Source: Centroscyllium fabricii (lineage: Eukaryota). From it: a stretch of 64,000 bases of DNA. Shown in pieces: positions 1-12,689 of this stretch (positions within the stretch are counted from its first letter, which is position 1; the number at the start of each line of letters is the position of its first letter). The stretch spans positions 23,560,001 to 23,624,000 of the forward strand of contig JBNRSN020000032.1 of the NCBI GenBank assembly GCA_051313645.2, given 5' to 3'. The notes below the pieces were generated by a model that was given only the letters and a program-made list of their open reading frames with translations, did no database searches and was not told the origin of the DNA. Made by a program: the position numbers and the translations under genes.

Positions 1-1
1 T

Positions 2-760
2 GGGCCAGAAATTCGGGTTGGAGGCTTCCCGCGTGTGTAAGCCTCCGACCTGCACTTACCTTGCGCAACGGCTGTTGAGCTGTGGACCCGCGTGGAATTG
101 TGATCCTGGGCCTCCTCCAACTGCCGGCATGCTGTACTTGGTTGTTCAGTGGCGCAGATAGTGCGATGCATCCTCTGGGATTACGTGGGCCATGGAGAGC
201 CAATCGGAGCAGAGAATGCTCCATTAATAAGTTTGACAGGAACAGCTGTCAGAACTATGAAAACTATAAGCCCCAAAACATCACTGAAATTTCAAATACA
301 TTTTTTAAAAATCACATATGTAAAATAACTATAAATTACATGAAATAACTACTTTAAACAATAATTTAAATTTTTGAAAAAATTAATTATTTTTCCTAAT
401 GGGGCTAAAAATGAACTTACCTTTCTTTAAATTATTTAAAAATAATAAACCTGTGGAAAAAATGTTTTAATTTGAATTAATTCAGCACTTACCTTGTTAA
501 AAGTAGGCCTTACAGCTGCTTTTTTCATGCCTAACTTTTTCTCACTTACCCAGACAGAAAAACCTGAAAAAAAATGTAATTGCAATGCGCACGCGCTGCC
601 ACTCCCACACATGCGCTTCACCTTGTAACCCCTTAGTTCGGGGAATAGAAGTGCCGGTTTCCCATGCATGTGCAGTGCATGCAGGAAACCGACACTTTCG
701 AATGGCCTATGTGTGAGTACCCCGTCCGTACTCACGCGTTCAGAGCCGAATTTCTCGGCC
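2..760. mobile_element. Harbinger-type non-autonomous (MITE-like) element
   Basis: Terminal inverted repeats GGCCAGAAATTCGG ... CCGAATTTCTCGGCC, GC-rich ends, AT-rich core, no credible ORF. Confidence 0.55.
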
Positions 761-762
761 AT

Positions 763-1523
763 TGACCCCTGTGCCTGCCATAGTTAAATAGCTGTCATTG
801 TGTGCATGAGAGTTGCTAAGTAGAAATTGTTGGTGAGTGAATGCTGGGGGTGTGGGACATTGATTAACGTGTGAAGCTTGTGGTACAGATGGTGGTATGT
901 AGCATTTGTTGAAGCCTTCACTCACCCTGACCACCCGTGTGAGGTCGTGAAACTTCTTCCTACACTGAATGTGGGTCCTGGGAAGCAGAGTGCTACCCAA
1001 ACGTGGTCTGCCTCCTCCCTCCACATAGTGCGGCAGACTTGTGGTGAGGGTCTCTTGCCATTTGAGGATCCAGGACCGCCCGCCTCCTCTCCACTGCTAA
1101 AACCAATCCCTCCAAAGCTTCATCGGTAAATCTCCTGGCTCTCTCCCTGGGGCGGTGATCTACCATCAGGATTCATAATTAAGTGCTACTTCTCCTTGTC
1201 CATCTTCTTATGGTTGTTGAGGCAGCTGTACACCCAACCATGCTGAGAATAAGGTGCTGCAGCATCAATGAACCTCCCCTTTAAGTAATGAAAAGAGCCT
1301 ATGGCAATCATTATTTGCGTTTAGACTGCCCCCCAATGCTGGTCCAGCTTTTCAGTGTAATGCCAATGAGCTTGAGTTTTTAGGCGAGAATCATGACTGC
1401 AAACATTTAATGAGGAGTGTGGACAAATTTTGTGTGCATCCTAGACGATTTTTCAGGTGGTGCTACTTAACCATTTAAAATCTAAACACTGCTCATTTCT
1501 TGGCTAAAATGAATTTCTAGCCC
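763..1523 (-). mobile_element. Harbinger remnant, Myb/SANT (ORF2) end
   Basis: Minus-strand peptide PRTHIQCRKKFHDLTRVVRV (Myb/SANT-like); ends in TIR-like GAATTTCTAGCCC; closely similar to 9283-10036. Confidence 0.7.
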
Positions 1524-2064
1524 TGTATGTTAATTTGACCTTTCTTTGGGAAGGGGATTATATTTACTCAAATTCATTGCATACTGACTTGTATCTAAAG
1601 CACATTATATTACAGAGCTTCGTTTTCTGCTTGCAGGTTGGATGAGTCAGTGTGATTTAATTTTAGAGGTGTCAGGGTAAAGTACGTGAAAGAGCATCTG
1701 ACATTCATAGGCTACACCAGAAACAGCTGATTTTAGGGACACAGGATTTCTCAATATATGTGGATAAGATCACATGTAAGTGAAAAAAGTCATTTCACAT
1801 TTACCCATAAGAAAAAAAGTAATTGTAATTTAATTCTTTCAGATTTTTAGTAGATCATTAAAATAAGTTAGGACAATTAGGCTGAGAATTTAGATCCTTA
1901 GCGCTAGCAGTTAAGGCCGTTTTCCCCCAAAAATGGCGGCTACCTCGCTTCCGCCCACTTCCGGCATGGTCCATGCTGGTTGCCATCTTGGTGAGGTTGA
2001 TAGTGCAGGTGAGATGTGCATGCACTGACAGTATTCAGAGTAAGCAGATCATGACATCAGTCAG

Positions 2065-2970
2065 CCTCAGAGCAAGGCAATGCTAGCTCTGCCAGTGGAC
2101 CTCAAGGTGACTGTGGCCCTGAATTTTTTCAACAGCAGATCCTTCCAGGCTGGAGCAAACGACATTGCTAACATCTTGCAGTTCGCCATCCATCGCTGCA
2201 TCTGAGAAGTTACAGAGGCTCTGTACTCCTGGAGAAGGAACTTCATTGTCGTCTCTCTGAACAGAGAGAAGCAGGAGGTGCGTACACATGGCATTGCCAG
2301 GATATTGGGCTTTCTCATGGTGTAGGGCACCATTGACTGCACACTCGAGGCTTTGCGGGAGCCGCATATCAATATCAATGCTGAGATGTTCCGTAACAGC
2401 AAAGGCTACCACTCTCTTAATGTAGAGTTAATGTGCAACCATGCCCAGCAGAGCACAGTGGTGAATGCCCGATATCCTGGCAGCAGTCAAAATGCCTTCA
2501 TCCTACAGCAGTCCACTGTGCCAGCAATCTTCTAGCCACCACGTCAAACCCGAGGGTGGCTGTTCGGTGTCAAGGGTTATCCGCTCTACACCTGGTTGAT
2601 GACTCCGCTCCACAACCTCACCACTCATAGCCAGTAATTATATGATGACAGCCATGCTGCCACGAAGAACCTCATCGAGCAGACCATCGGGGTGCTGAAA
2701 CAATGGTTCCACTGCCTTGACCACTCGGGAGCAGCTCTCCAGTACTCGCTGGAGTGGGTGTCCCATTTCGTGGAGGACTGCTGCATCCTGCACAATTGGC
2801 CATCATGAGGATGCAACCTTTGCCACTATAGGTTCCCTGGCCACCTCAGGAAGAGGAGGAGGAGGAAGAGGAAGAGGAGGAAGTGGAGGAGGAGGAGGAA
2901 GGGAGGAGACAGCCTACAAATTCCCATTCCGGATGGGCTGTCTGTGAGCGCATCATCAGATTCCGGTTCT
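2065..2970 (+). pseudogene. Harbinger/HARBI1-like DDE transposase pseudogene
   Basis: KVTVALNFF...GTIDCT...FRNSKGYHSLNVELMC...VNARYPGSSQNAFIL...KGYPLYTWLMTP...IEQTIGVLKQWFHCL...CCILHN with several in-frame stops; acidic GGA-repeat tail. Confidence 0.85.
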
Positions 2971-3339
2971 CCTGACTGAAACCCCAGATTCCCATTGCGC
3001 AACACTTCCCACTTTACCAGCCCTCTGTCACAGAACATCATAGTGTCCTCTTGGACACAAATGCTGAAATGAAAGCCACCACAAAACAAACATTCAAAAC
3101 ATAATTTATAAATGATTAATTCCAATATAACATTACAAAGTCAACTAATCAGCCTTGTGCATTCCCTTACTCTCTGTCTTTCGTGGTCCTATTTCCTATT
3201 CTGGTGCTCCTACGCAGTGGCTGCACCTGGCTGGTGGAAGGCTGCTGACCTTCCATGGGGGACACTGCAGATGGTCTTGCAGGATGGCTTTGAACAGTTC
3301 TGGGCCTAGAAGACCTGGCTGTAGACTGCACCACATCAA

Positions 3340-5655
3340 TAGAGGAAGGTTTTAAGGCAGTCTTAAAGGAGAAAAGAGGTAGAGAAGCAAAGAGCTTTAG
3401 GGAGGGAATTCCAGAGCTTAGGGCCTTGGCAGCTGAAAGCAAGGTCACCAACGGTTAAGCAATTAATATCAGGGATGCTCAAAGGGCCAGAATTAGAGGA
3501 GCACAGATATCTCGGGGGGCTGTGGGGCTGGAGGAGATTACAGAGATAGGGAGGGGCAAGGCCATGGAGGGATTTGAAAACAAGGATGATAATTTTAAAA
3601 ATGAGGCATTGCTTAACCAGGAGCCAATGTAGGTCAGCGAGCACAGGGTTGATGAGTGAACGGAACTTGGTGTGAGTTAGGAGATGAGCAGCAGAGTTTT
3701 GGATGACCTCAAGTTTACGTAGGGTAGAACTGGGAGGCCAGCCAGGAGTGCATTGGAATAGTCAAGTCTAGAGGTAACAAAGGCATGGATGAGGGTTTCA
3801 GCAGCGGATGAAGTGAGGCAGAGGCGGAGTCGGGCCATGTTACGGGGGTGGAAATAGGCAACCTTAGTTATGCTATGGGTATGTGGTCAGAAGTTCATTT
3901 CAGGGTCAAATATAACACAAATGTTGCGAACAGTCTGGTTCAGCCTCAGACAGATGCTCAGGAGAGGGACGGAGTCAGTGGCTAGGGAATGGAGTTTGTG
4001 GTGGGGAGTGAAGACAATGGCATCGGTCTTCCCAATATTTAGTTGGAGGATATTTCTGCTTATTCAGTACTGGATGTCGGACAAGCAATCTGACAATTTA
4101 GAGACAGTGGCAGGGTTGAGAGAAGTGGGGGTGAGGTAGAGCTGGGTGTTATCAGCGTACCTGTGGAAACTGACAGTTTGTTTTCAGATGATGTCACCAA
4201 GGGGCAACGTGTAGATGAGAAATAGGAAGAGACCAAGGATAGATCCTTGGTGGACACCAGAGGTAATGATGTAAAACATAGAAACATAGAAGATAGGAGC
4301 AGGAGCAGGCCATTCAATGAGATCATGGCTGATCATCCAATCCCAGTACCCCGCCCCTGCCCTCTCCTCATATCCCTATCAAGCCTGCACTGGCACATAT
4401 CCCACCCTATCCCCGTAACCCCACAAACTTAATCACCCTAACACTAAGGGTCAATTTATCCTGGCCAATCAACCTAACCCGCACATCTTTGGACTGTGGG
4501 AGGAAACCGGAGCACCCGGAGGAAACCCACGCAGACACGGGGAGAATGTACAAACTCCACACAGATAGTACCCGAGGCCGGATTTGAACCCGGGTCTCCA
4601 GTGCTGTGAGACAGCAATGCTAACCACTGTGCCACCGTGCTGCCCTTAGGAGCAGGAAGAGAAGTAATTGCAGGTGATTCTCTGGCTACGATTAGATAGA
4701 TATGAATGGAACAAGGCGAGTGCTGTTCCACCCAGCTGGATGACGGTGGAGAGGTGTTGAAGGAGGATGGAGTGGTCAAGCGTGCCAAAAGCTACAGACA
4801 GGTCAAGAAGGGCAAGGGGGCGGGTCGTTTACCATTGTCATAGTCACATACAATGTCATTTGTAACTCTGATATGAACCGTTTTGGCACTGTGGCAGGGG
4901 TGGAAACCTGATTGGAGGGATTCAAATATTGAGTTATGGGAAACATGGGCATGGATTTGGGAGGTGACAACATGTTCAAGGACTGCAGTGGAAAGGGAGG
5001 TTGGAGATAGGGCAGTAGTTTGCAAGGACAGAGGGGTCAAGGGTTGGTTTTTTGAGGAGAGAGGCGATGATGGCAGATTTGAAAGAGAGGGGGACAATAC
5101 CGGAAGAGAGAGAACCGTTAACAAAATCAGCAAACATGGGTGCCAGAAACTAAAGTTGGGTGGTCATCAGTTTGGTGGGAATAGGGTTGAGGGAGCAGGA
5201 AGTGGGTCTCATGGACAAGATGAGCTCGGAGAGGGCATGAGGGGAGATCGGAGAGAAACTGGAGAAAGATGTGAGTACAGGCCTTTGAAGGGGGAACATT
5301 CGAGGAAGTTTGGCCCAGTGGGCTAGGGGAAGGAAGGGAAGTGGCAGAGACAGCTTAGGGACAAAGAAGTCCTTGAGCTCCTCACACTTGTTGTTAAAGG
5401 TGAGTGTGGGTGATACAGGGGAGAGGGGTTTAAAAAGATGGATTGCAGTAGAGAAAAGAAGCCGGGGTTATCTTTGCATTCCAGAATGATCCTGGAATAG
5501 TTAACAGTTTTGGCAGACGACAGCAGGACCCGAAGGTGCTTTACGTAGTCCAGCCAGATCTGCTGCTAAATGGCTAAACTAGTTGTCCGCCATATCCGTT
5601 CAAGTCTGTGTCTGTTAGACTTAAGGGAGCAGAGATGAGGGCCATACCAGTCATA
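3340..5655 (-). mobile_element. L2 LINE ORF2 remnant
   Basis: LHWLLVKQCLIFKIIILVFKSLHGLAPPYL and FESLQSGFHPCHSA motifs; YADN-like RT region near 4150; multiple frameshifts. Confidence 0.85.
4273..4645 (-). mobile_element. tRNA-derived V-SINE (HE1-like) with CR1-derived 3' tail
   Basis: Minus strand: A box TGGCACAGTGG, B box GGTTCAAATCC, V-domain GGGTTTCCTCCGGGTGCTCCGGTTTCCTCCCACAGTCCAAAG, tail (TTCTATGT)n; inserted in the L2. Confidence 0.85.
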
Positions 5656-6351
5656 ATGAGCCATCATTGCCAGTGATTGTTGGTAGGTGAGTGATGGGTG
5701 TGTGGTGCATTGAGCAATGAGTGAGGTTAGTGGTGCAATTGGCTGGATATTGCATTTGGAGATGCATTCACTCACCTTGACTACTCGTGTGAGATCATTA
5801 AACTTCTTCCGGCACTTGATCCATGTCTTGGGAGCAACACTGTTGGCACTGATGGCTTCTGCAATCACCTCCTGCAGCCTTTGCACAGTGTGTCTGCAAA
5901 GTCTCCTGCTCCCTGCCCCCCCACCCCGAGGTAGAGGACATGTCTCCTGCTGTAGACCCCTCCACCAAGCCCTCCAGTGCTGCATTGGAGAACCAAGATA
6001 CACACTCTCTCCACGTTGAGACATTTTGCTCCAGCTCCAACTACAATGAGGTACTTCTGTAACAAAGCACCTCCCCTTTAAGAAGTGCAGACAGCCTTTC
6101 ACTCTGCAGGCAGCCTTTAAATAGGGTGCAGACTCCACATGCTGTTGGACCCCTGTTGAGCACTGAGCCAACCAGCAGCACATTCGTTTAGCGCTGAGCT
6201 AAGCTGCAATCATAGTAATGAACAGGCAACATGAATTTTGCACGCTGCCTGCACTACTTTCAATGGGCGCAAGCAGATTGCGCAATGCGATCCCCGTGCC
6301 CATTTTTAGGCCTTTTGAATTTAGTATCCATAGAATACATAATAAAAAAAA

Positions 6352-7585
6352 CAACTGGAGCAATACCAGTTCGCCTACTGAGGGAACAGATCTACGGAAG
6401 ATGCTATCACTACTGCTCTTCACTCTGCACTAAACCACCTGGATAGCAAAGATACGTATATCAGAATGCTGTTTATTGACTACAGCTCAGCATTCAACAC
6501 CATCGGCCCCAGCGAATTGTCTAACTAGCTCCTCACCCTCGGCCTGAACACCTCCCTCTGCAACTGGACTCTGGACTTCCTAACCAACAGACCACAGTCT
6601 GTGAAGTTAGGCAACCTCACCTCCCCCCACCCCCTTACCCTGAACACGGGGGCCCCACAAGGCTGTGTGCTGAGCCCACTCCTCTACTCCCTCTTCACTC
6701 ACGACTGTGTGGCTGTCCATGGCTCCAACACGATCATCAAGTTTGTGGACGACACCACGGTGGTTGGCCAGATCACCAACAAAGATGAGTCAGTCTACAG
6801 GGATGAGATCCAGCGCCTTGTGGGATGGTGTGCCGACAACAACCTGGCACTGAACACCAAGAAAACTAAGGAGATCATAGAGGACTTCCGGAGGACTGAA
6901 AGCAGAAGACACACCCCCATCTTCATCCAAGGGGCTGAGGTGGATAGGGTGTCCAGCTTCAAGTTCCTTGGTGTCCACATCTCGGAAGACCTCTCCTGGT
7001 CACTAAACACCTCCTCTGTGGTTAAGAAGGCCCAACAGTGCCTGTACTTCCTAAGGAAGCTGAAGAAAGCCAGGCTGTCATCCGGCATCCTCTCCAACTT
7101 CTACCGCTGCACAATCGAAAGCATACTGACAAGCTGCATCACAGTCTGGTATGGAAATTGCACCATCTCGGACCGGAAGACACTGCAGCGGGTAGTCAAA
7201 ACTGCCCAACGAATCACCGTACCCAGCTACCGTCAATTGAGAGCATCTACCTCAAACGCTGCCTACGGAGGTCTCTGAACATTATTAAAGACCCCACACA
7301 CCCCAGCCACAGTCTGTTCTCCCCCCTGCCTGCCGGGAGACGCTACAGATCAATTTGCACCCGCACGACTAGATTTAAGAATAGCTTCTTCCCCAGGGCT
7401 GTCAGCCTCCTGAACTCTAAAAATAAACTCCGGTACCTGCACACCTGAAAATGTACTTTACTGTATGCAATTTGCATGTAATTTATTTGCACTACTCTCG
7501 GGAGCGTCGAGTCTTCGTCTCGTTGTATTGTACTAGTACTCTGCAATGACAATAAAACTTGAATTGAATTGAATTGAATTGAATT
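6352..7585 (+). mobile_element. Rex1/Babar LINE, 5'-truncated
   Basis: RT: [42 protein letters not shown]; C-terminal RTTRFKNSFFPRAV; AATAAA then (GAATT)n tail. Confidence 0.9.
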
Positions 7586-8391
7586 AATCAGTGTTTCAGG
7601 AGGGGAGGAGAGAAAGCATGCATGATGCATATATGATATATAAATTATATTGAATTCTTATGTTTTTGGATGTGATGGGCTCCAAGGGTACAGCAAGTAT
7701 AATATAAATCTTAATACTCCTTGACAGAGAAATGTAGAAAAAGATAATTAGTAGACAAATTGGTAACTAATAAATGAAATGATTTGTAACATATAACTAG
7801 CAGCTATTGTAAACTTCCAGTTTTCAACATAGTGATCGGCTCAATGTAGAAAAGTAATTGCATTTGCTCTACCTTTCCATCAGCTATTCTTTCAATCCTG
7901 CTGCAATTGCTGCTGTTTTATGCCATTGATTGCCACAGAGATAATTATAACTTTTCAGACTGTCATGCCAATATTTCTTGATGACCAATAAGGAGTTTGT
8001 TCTCCATTTAATTCCAGTTGACATTATCAATTCAACATCTTTGGAGTATGCAGATTAATTTACAATATCTATCACTGTTCTTGAACGTACAAACTCATTT
8101 TATTCCTAAGCGAAAGTCCAATGACGACTTTCCTTTTAACTGTACTCTCGCCTGGAGAAGTGCCTAGTCTCCACTAAGTGACACAACTAGGATTGGCAAC
8201 TCAGTGACATGCAGGAATTGAAAGCACAAAGTGACAGCCTACCTCTCCAATATACTATGCATTGTTTTTTTTAACATGCTGGGGACATTTCCAACTATTC
8301 CTTTACCCTTTAATTAATGCTCCAAGCATTGGCAATGAGTTAGTTTGTTTTGGACATCTTGTCCAGCTCTTTTTCCTTTCAGTGAATACTT

Positions 8392-10036
8392 GGGGAGAAA
8401 TTTGTGTGGCTTGTGCCATGCGTTAGTGCCAGGAGATGGTGCTAAAATGCTGTTTGACAGCTGCAATAACAACTGATACCGGTTCCAGCCCCTCACACCA
8501 TATTGGTGGTGCCGGTAGCGTAGCCGGTAAACTCGATCATCAGGGAGCTTGCCATGATGGCGATCGTGACAACAATGAGTGTGCAATGCTCACTGGATAC
8601 CCGATCTCCAACACTGGATTTAGCTACTTACCTTAAAGGCAGCGCAGAACAACAATAGGGAGAGCTGGCATCTACCAGCAGGAAGCAGGCTGCAGCAGTG
8701 ATATTTAAAGGCACCATCCCCAGTCAGCTGTACCTGACAGGGTCTTGCAGTTTCCGTGCCTGTTTGCTACTTCCTGCAACTGAAGCAGCTCTCTTCAGTT
8801 ATTTCAAGTTTTTTTGGTGACGGGGAGTGTTGATTCAAGTGCAGAAGTCACTCATTATTTGTTAAAGGCTTCTGCTCACAACACTTCCTCACAGTCATGG
8901 GGGCTGGGGGATTGTGGGATTACCTCAGGAGGTGGATGAGCAGGAGGAGGACGAGCAGGAGGAGAACGAGGAGGAGGAGGAGGACAAGGAGGAAGAAGAC
9001 GAGGAGGCGGAGAAACAGGTGGGAGATCGGAGGCAGCGAGACAATCGGCCTTCTGGACGGGCTGTCTGTGACCGGCTCATCAGATTCCGATTCACTTGAA
9101 TTAAACCACAGATCTCCGTAGCTCACCACATCCCCATCACACAATCCCTATCTCATGGCGTATCACAGCATTCTCCTAGGCACAAAGGTGAAATGAGAGA
9201 GACCACAAAATATTCCAGCACCATTAATAAATGTATATATAAGCATATGACACATATCACATGAATTCTAATAACTAAAGAGCCTTGTGCCTGCCATAGT
9301 TGAGTAGCTGTTACTGTGTGCAAGCTGTGAAATTTGGGTGTGAGTGTTGCTAGGCAGAGATCGTTGGTGGGTGGGTGCGGGGTGTGTGGAACATTGAGCT
9401 GTATGTGAAGCTTGTGGTACAGATGGTGGTATGTAGCATTTGTTGAAGCCTTCACTCACCCTGACCACCCGTGTGAGCTCATTAAACTATCTTCTGCACT
9501 GTATGTGAGTCCTGGGGACCACAGTGCTGCCCGTGATGTGCTGTGCCCCCTCCCTCCACATAATGCGGCAGACTTGTGGTGAGTGTCTCCTGCCAGTTGG
9601 TACAGGACCGCCCACCTTCTCTCCACCGCTGAAACCAATGCCTCCAAAGCTTCCTCGTAAAACCTCCAGGCTCTCTCCCTGGGGTGGTGATCTGCCACGG
9701 ACATTTGTAAATAAGTGTTCCTTCTCCTTGTCCTTCTTAGTATGATTGTTGAGGCAGCTGCACACCCAACAATGCTGAGAATGAGGTATTGCAGCATCAA
9801 TGCACCTCCCTTTTAAGTAGTGGAAAAAGCCGGTGGTAATCATTACTTGCGTTTAGACTACTTAGTCCATCTTTGCAGTGTAACACCAATGAGCTTGGGT
9901 TTTTAGACGAGAATCATGGCTGCAATCATTTTAATGAGGAGTGAGGACAAATTTTCCGTGATTTTTCAGGTGGCGCTACTTATCCATTTTTAATCTAAAC
10001 ACCGCCCATTTCTTGGCTATAATGCCATTCTATCCC
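8392..10036. mobile_element. Internally deleted Harbinger element
   Basis: TIR-like GGGGAGAAATTT at 8392 and CATTCTATCCC at ~10036; acidic transposase tail 8900-9100 similar to 2845-2975; Myb remnant on minus 9283-9800. Confidence 0.65.
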
Positions 10037-10754
10037 AAAATGTTTTATCTGTCACGTTGATTTCGAACTTAAACTTCAGTGCGAGCGTTGGTATTATTTT
10101 TTGATCAACTGAAGTCAGGCTTTAAACAATGTTGCTCTTCGCTCAACAAAGTATAGTAGGGCTGTGAAGGCAATGCAAATTGGGGACAATGATAAAATAT
10201 ACAATATAGGTACAAAATCAACAGAAAAGATCAAAACAAGGATTATCAAAGAGAATAGTAAATAAAAGAGAAGAAAAGACAGAGCAGAAAATATAGCCGA
10301 GATTGTCTGCTGGAGTTACACCGGGGAGAAAGAATATAATGAAAGCTTGACTGACTCTGAACTTGTCCCAGCCAGTTCCTAGATTTCTTGCCAGAATTGA
10401 AGCAGTGGCATGGTTTTTGATCTGTCCATATATGGGTGGGTGTATTCATATTCAAATGTTATACAAATGATGGGAATGTATCCTACGATGTAATTTTTGT
10501 CATTGACGCTCTATCAACATTCCTTACATGAATAGAAAATATATTGAGCGAGCAAAAGAACAATAAAATGGAAGGTAGTGCAAGAAAATATACAAGCGCA
10601 GGGAATAGGCCATAGGTCACCCATATGCATTTGGGCCAACTATAAGGCAAAAAAATGTGTAATGAATCCCAGATGAAGAAAATAAATGATAGACAAGGAG
10701 GAAAGTGAATTCTAGGCCCTGAGACACAGAAAGGCATCTGGCCTCTGGAAACAA

Positions 10755-10965
10755 ATGGTACAGGAAGTTTCTCCTGAATTCCCTATTGATTTCTTGGTGA
10801 CTATCATATATTGATGGCCTCTAGTTTTGCTCTTCCCCACAAGTGTAAATACTCTCTCTGTGTCTACTCTATCAAAACCTTGCATAATTTTAAAGTGGCA
10901 AACAGTGATGATGATACCAATCGACTGCAACAGGGCATAGAAAGGCTAGCAGAATGGGCAGATGG
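10755..10965. mobile_element. Short old CR1 fragments in both orientations
   Basis: FKIMQGFDRVDTERVF...KTRGH on minus; RLQQGIERLAEWAD on plus. Confidence 0.6.
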
Positions 10966-10971
10966 GTCACA

Positions 10972-11743
10972 GGGGGCTAAATTGGCGGTCTAGCACTGGC
11001 ACGTTAGTGCCCAAAATGGGCGCTAATCGAGTGCTACAGAATTAGCGTTAGTGCTTGCGTCCAGCGCGAAATTCATGTGAGCGTTAAGTTGGGTGCTAAC
11101 TGGTAGTGCCCCAATGAATTTAGCACCTAGCTGGACGTCAGGAATGATGTCATCAGCCTGCGCAGTGCCTGGGAGGCACACGCAACTGAAATTGGGCAGC
11201 GCCTGCTGAATTGCCGCTTGGCACTGCCCGCGCCAGCTTTTGGGGGCTGTAAGAGCAGCGGGGGAGCGCTGCTTAAAGGGAAGTGTGGAGGTCGGCCATA
11301 TTTATTGCTGGCCGACTGCCAGCACCTTCCGCTTCGGCCTCCCCTGGCCACTCTCGCTGCTCCCCCGGCGGGGTCAGCCCTCCGGTAACTGAGCCCGGCA
11401 ATTCCCTCCAGTGTCGGGCTTCTTCTGGTGATTCTGGTACCACGGCAGCCCCGTGGGGCTCCGGCCGCAGCCATGCTAGGCCCCTCCACTTCAATCGGGG
11501 AGGAAGGCCTGCAGTACCGCGGGCCGCCGCTATGCGCTCCTTGGCGCAACGATGTACCCGCGCCCCGATATTTGGCCGCCTCGCACCAAGAGCGAGGCGG
11601 CCCGCCTGCTTTAGCGCCCGCCCTCCCATTATGGGCGATGTAGGCAAATTTCGGCCCTAACACTGCCAGCGATGAGCTGGTGCTAAAAATAGCACAGCAC
11701 CGAGGTCAGCGCCACAAAACGTGGGCTAACCAATTTAGCCCCC
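10972..11743. mobile_element. Harbinger-type MITE with a nested GC-rich element end
   Basis: 14-bp TIR GGGGGCTAAATTGG ... CCAATTTAGCCCCC; an inner terminus AAATTTCGGCCC followed by TAA at ~11647-11660. Confidence 0.7.
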
Positions 11744-11754
11744 ATTGTGTCATA

Positions 11755-12221
11755 GGGCTGGATTTTATCAATGGAGGCGAGTAGGAGGCGGGCCACCCAC
11801 ATTTGGGGTTGTAATCATGCCTCCATCGAGTTGTGGCCAACCCACTTGATTTTCCTTTGATTGACCTTGTTAAGCCTGCCCAGCAGGCTCAGCAGGCCAA
11901 TTAAGGGCCACCCGGCAACAAGTGACATCACAGATTCACATTTCATCTGTCAAGCGCTTTTAACAGATGAAATATCAATGTTTGACAGCTCTTTGAGGCT
12001 GTCAAACACTGACAATCTGTACTCCAGGTTAATTCCTTCCTCTCAGGATGATTTAGAGGTCTCCCCGAATGCTGGAACTTTTGACAGTTCGCGGCCATTC
12101 TGCTTTCTGTGCCGATGAGATGAGGGACTCCCGAAACCTGAAGGAAGGAAGGTTGTAAAGGTAAGTAAAGGTTAGTAGAACTTCTTTAAACACTTTACAC
12201 AGACCAAACACACTTACCTCT
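11755..12221 (+). mobile_element. Harbinger-type MITE, partial
   Basis: Starts GGGCTGGATTTT; reverse-complement similarity to 22080-22558. Confidence 0.6.
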
Positions 12222-12619
12222 TGATGTACCGTCAACAAGGCCAAAGACGAAGAGTTAACCTTAACTAAGCGGCTTTTATTCACCAAAGAATGGAGCGTGT
12301 CTTGGCTGAGCTCCGTGGTGTACTGACCAGAGGTGGGTGAACAAGCACCTATATACCTGAGTCAGAGGCGGGTTCAGCTGGGGTAAGCTCTTGCAGAGCC
12401 CTGTTCCTGGGACTAGGGACAGGGTCACTGGCCAAGGCTTGGAAGCTAAGCAGAGCCAAACCTAGTTAGTACTTGGATGGGGGAATACCAGGTGCAGAAG
12501 GTCAGGAAAGGAGCCCTGAGGAGGGGCGGTTGGCTGAAGATTGTCAGAATGATGGAAAGATGGAATGGCGGCGCGCACAGACGCAGCGGCTTTGCTGGAT
12601 TCTTGGGAGCTTGCAAGAG

Positions 12620-12688
12620 CACATTTTGTTGTTCATGTACTTGTACATTGTATAATGACAATAAAGTTAAATTATTATTATTATTATC
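12620..12688 (+). mobile_element. Very short LINE 3' end (Rex1-like) with (ATT)n tail
   Basis: AATGACAATAAA as in the Rex1 copies, followed by (ATT)n. Confidence 0.5.
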
Positions 12689-12689
12689 A

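Larger units (their letters stand above)
1880..6328. mobile_element. Decayed Harbinger transposon (transposase +, Myb/SANT -, convergent) split by an L2 insertion
   Basis: TIR-like ends at 1880 (GGCTGAGAATTT) and ~6328 (GAATTTAGTATCC); transposase remnant 2065-2970; Myb remnant PKTWIKCRKKFNDLTRVVK at ~5770-5840 on minus. Confidence 0.6.

Noticed and set aside
2065-2970. Domesticated HARBI1 host gene
   Set aside because: Multiple stops, TIR-like ends and a convergent Myb remnant indicate a decayed transposon
4570-4645. tRNA gene
   Set aside because: It is the tRNA-derived head of a SINE, followed by a V-domain and CR1 tail
8897-9144. Acidic/basic low-complexity ORFs
   Set aside because: GAG/GGA-repeat tail of a Harbinger transposase remnant
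11127-11663. Overlapping GC-rich ORFs of 124-178 aa
   Set aside because: Stop-poor GC-rich MITE sequence with no domain motifs
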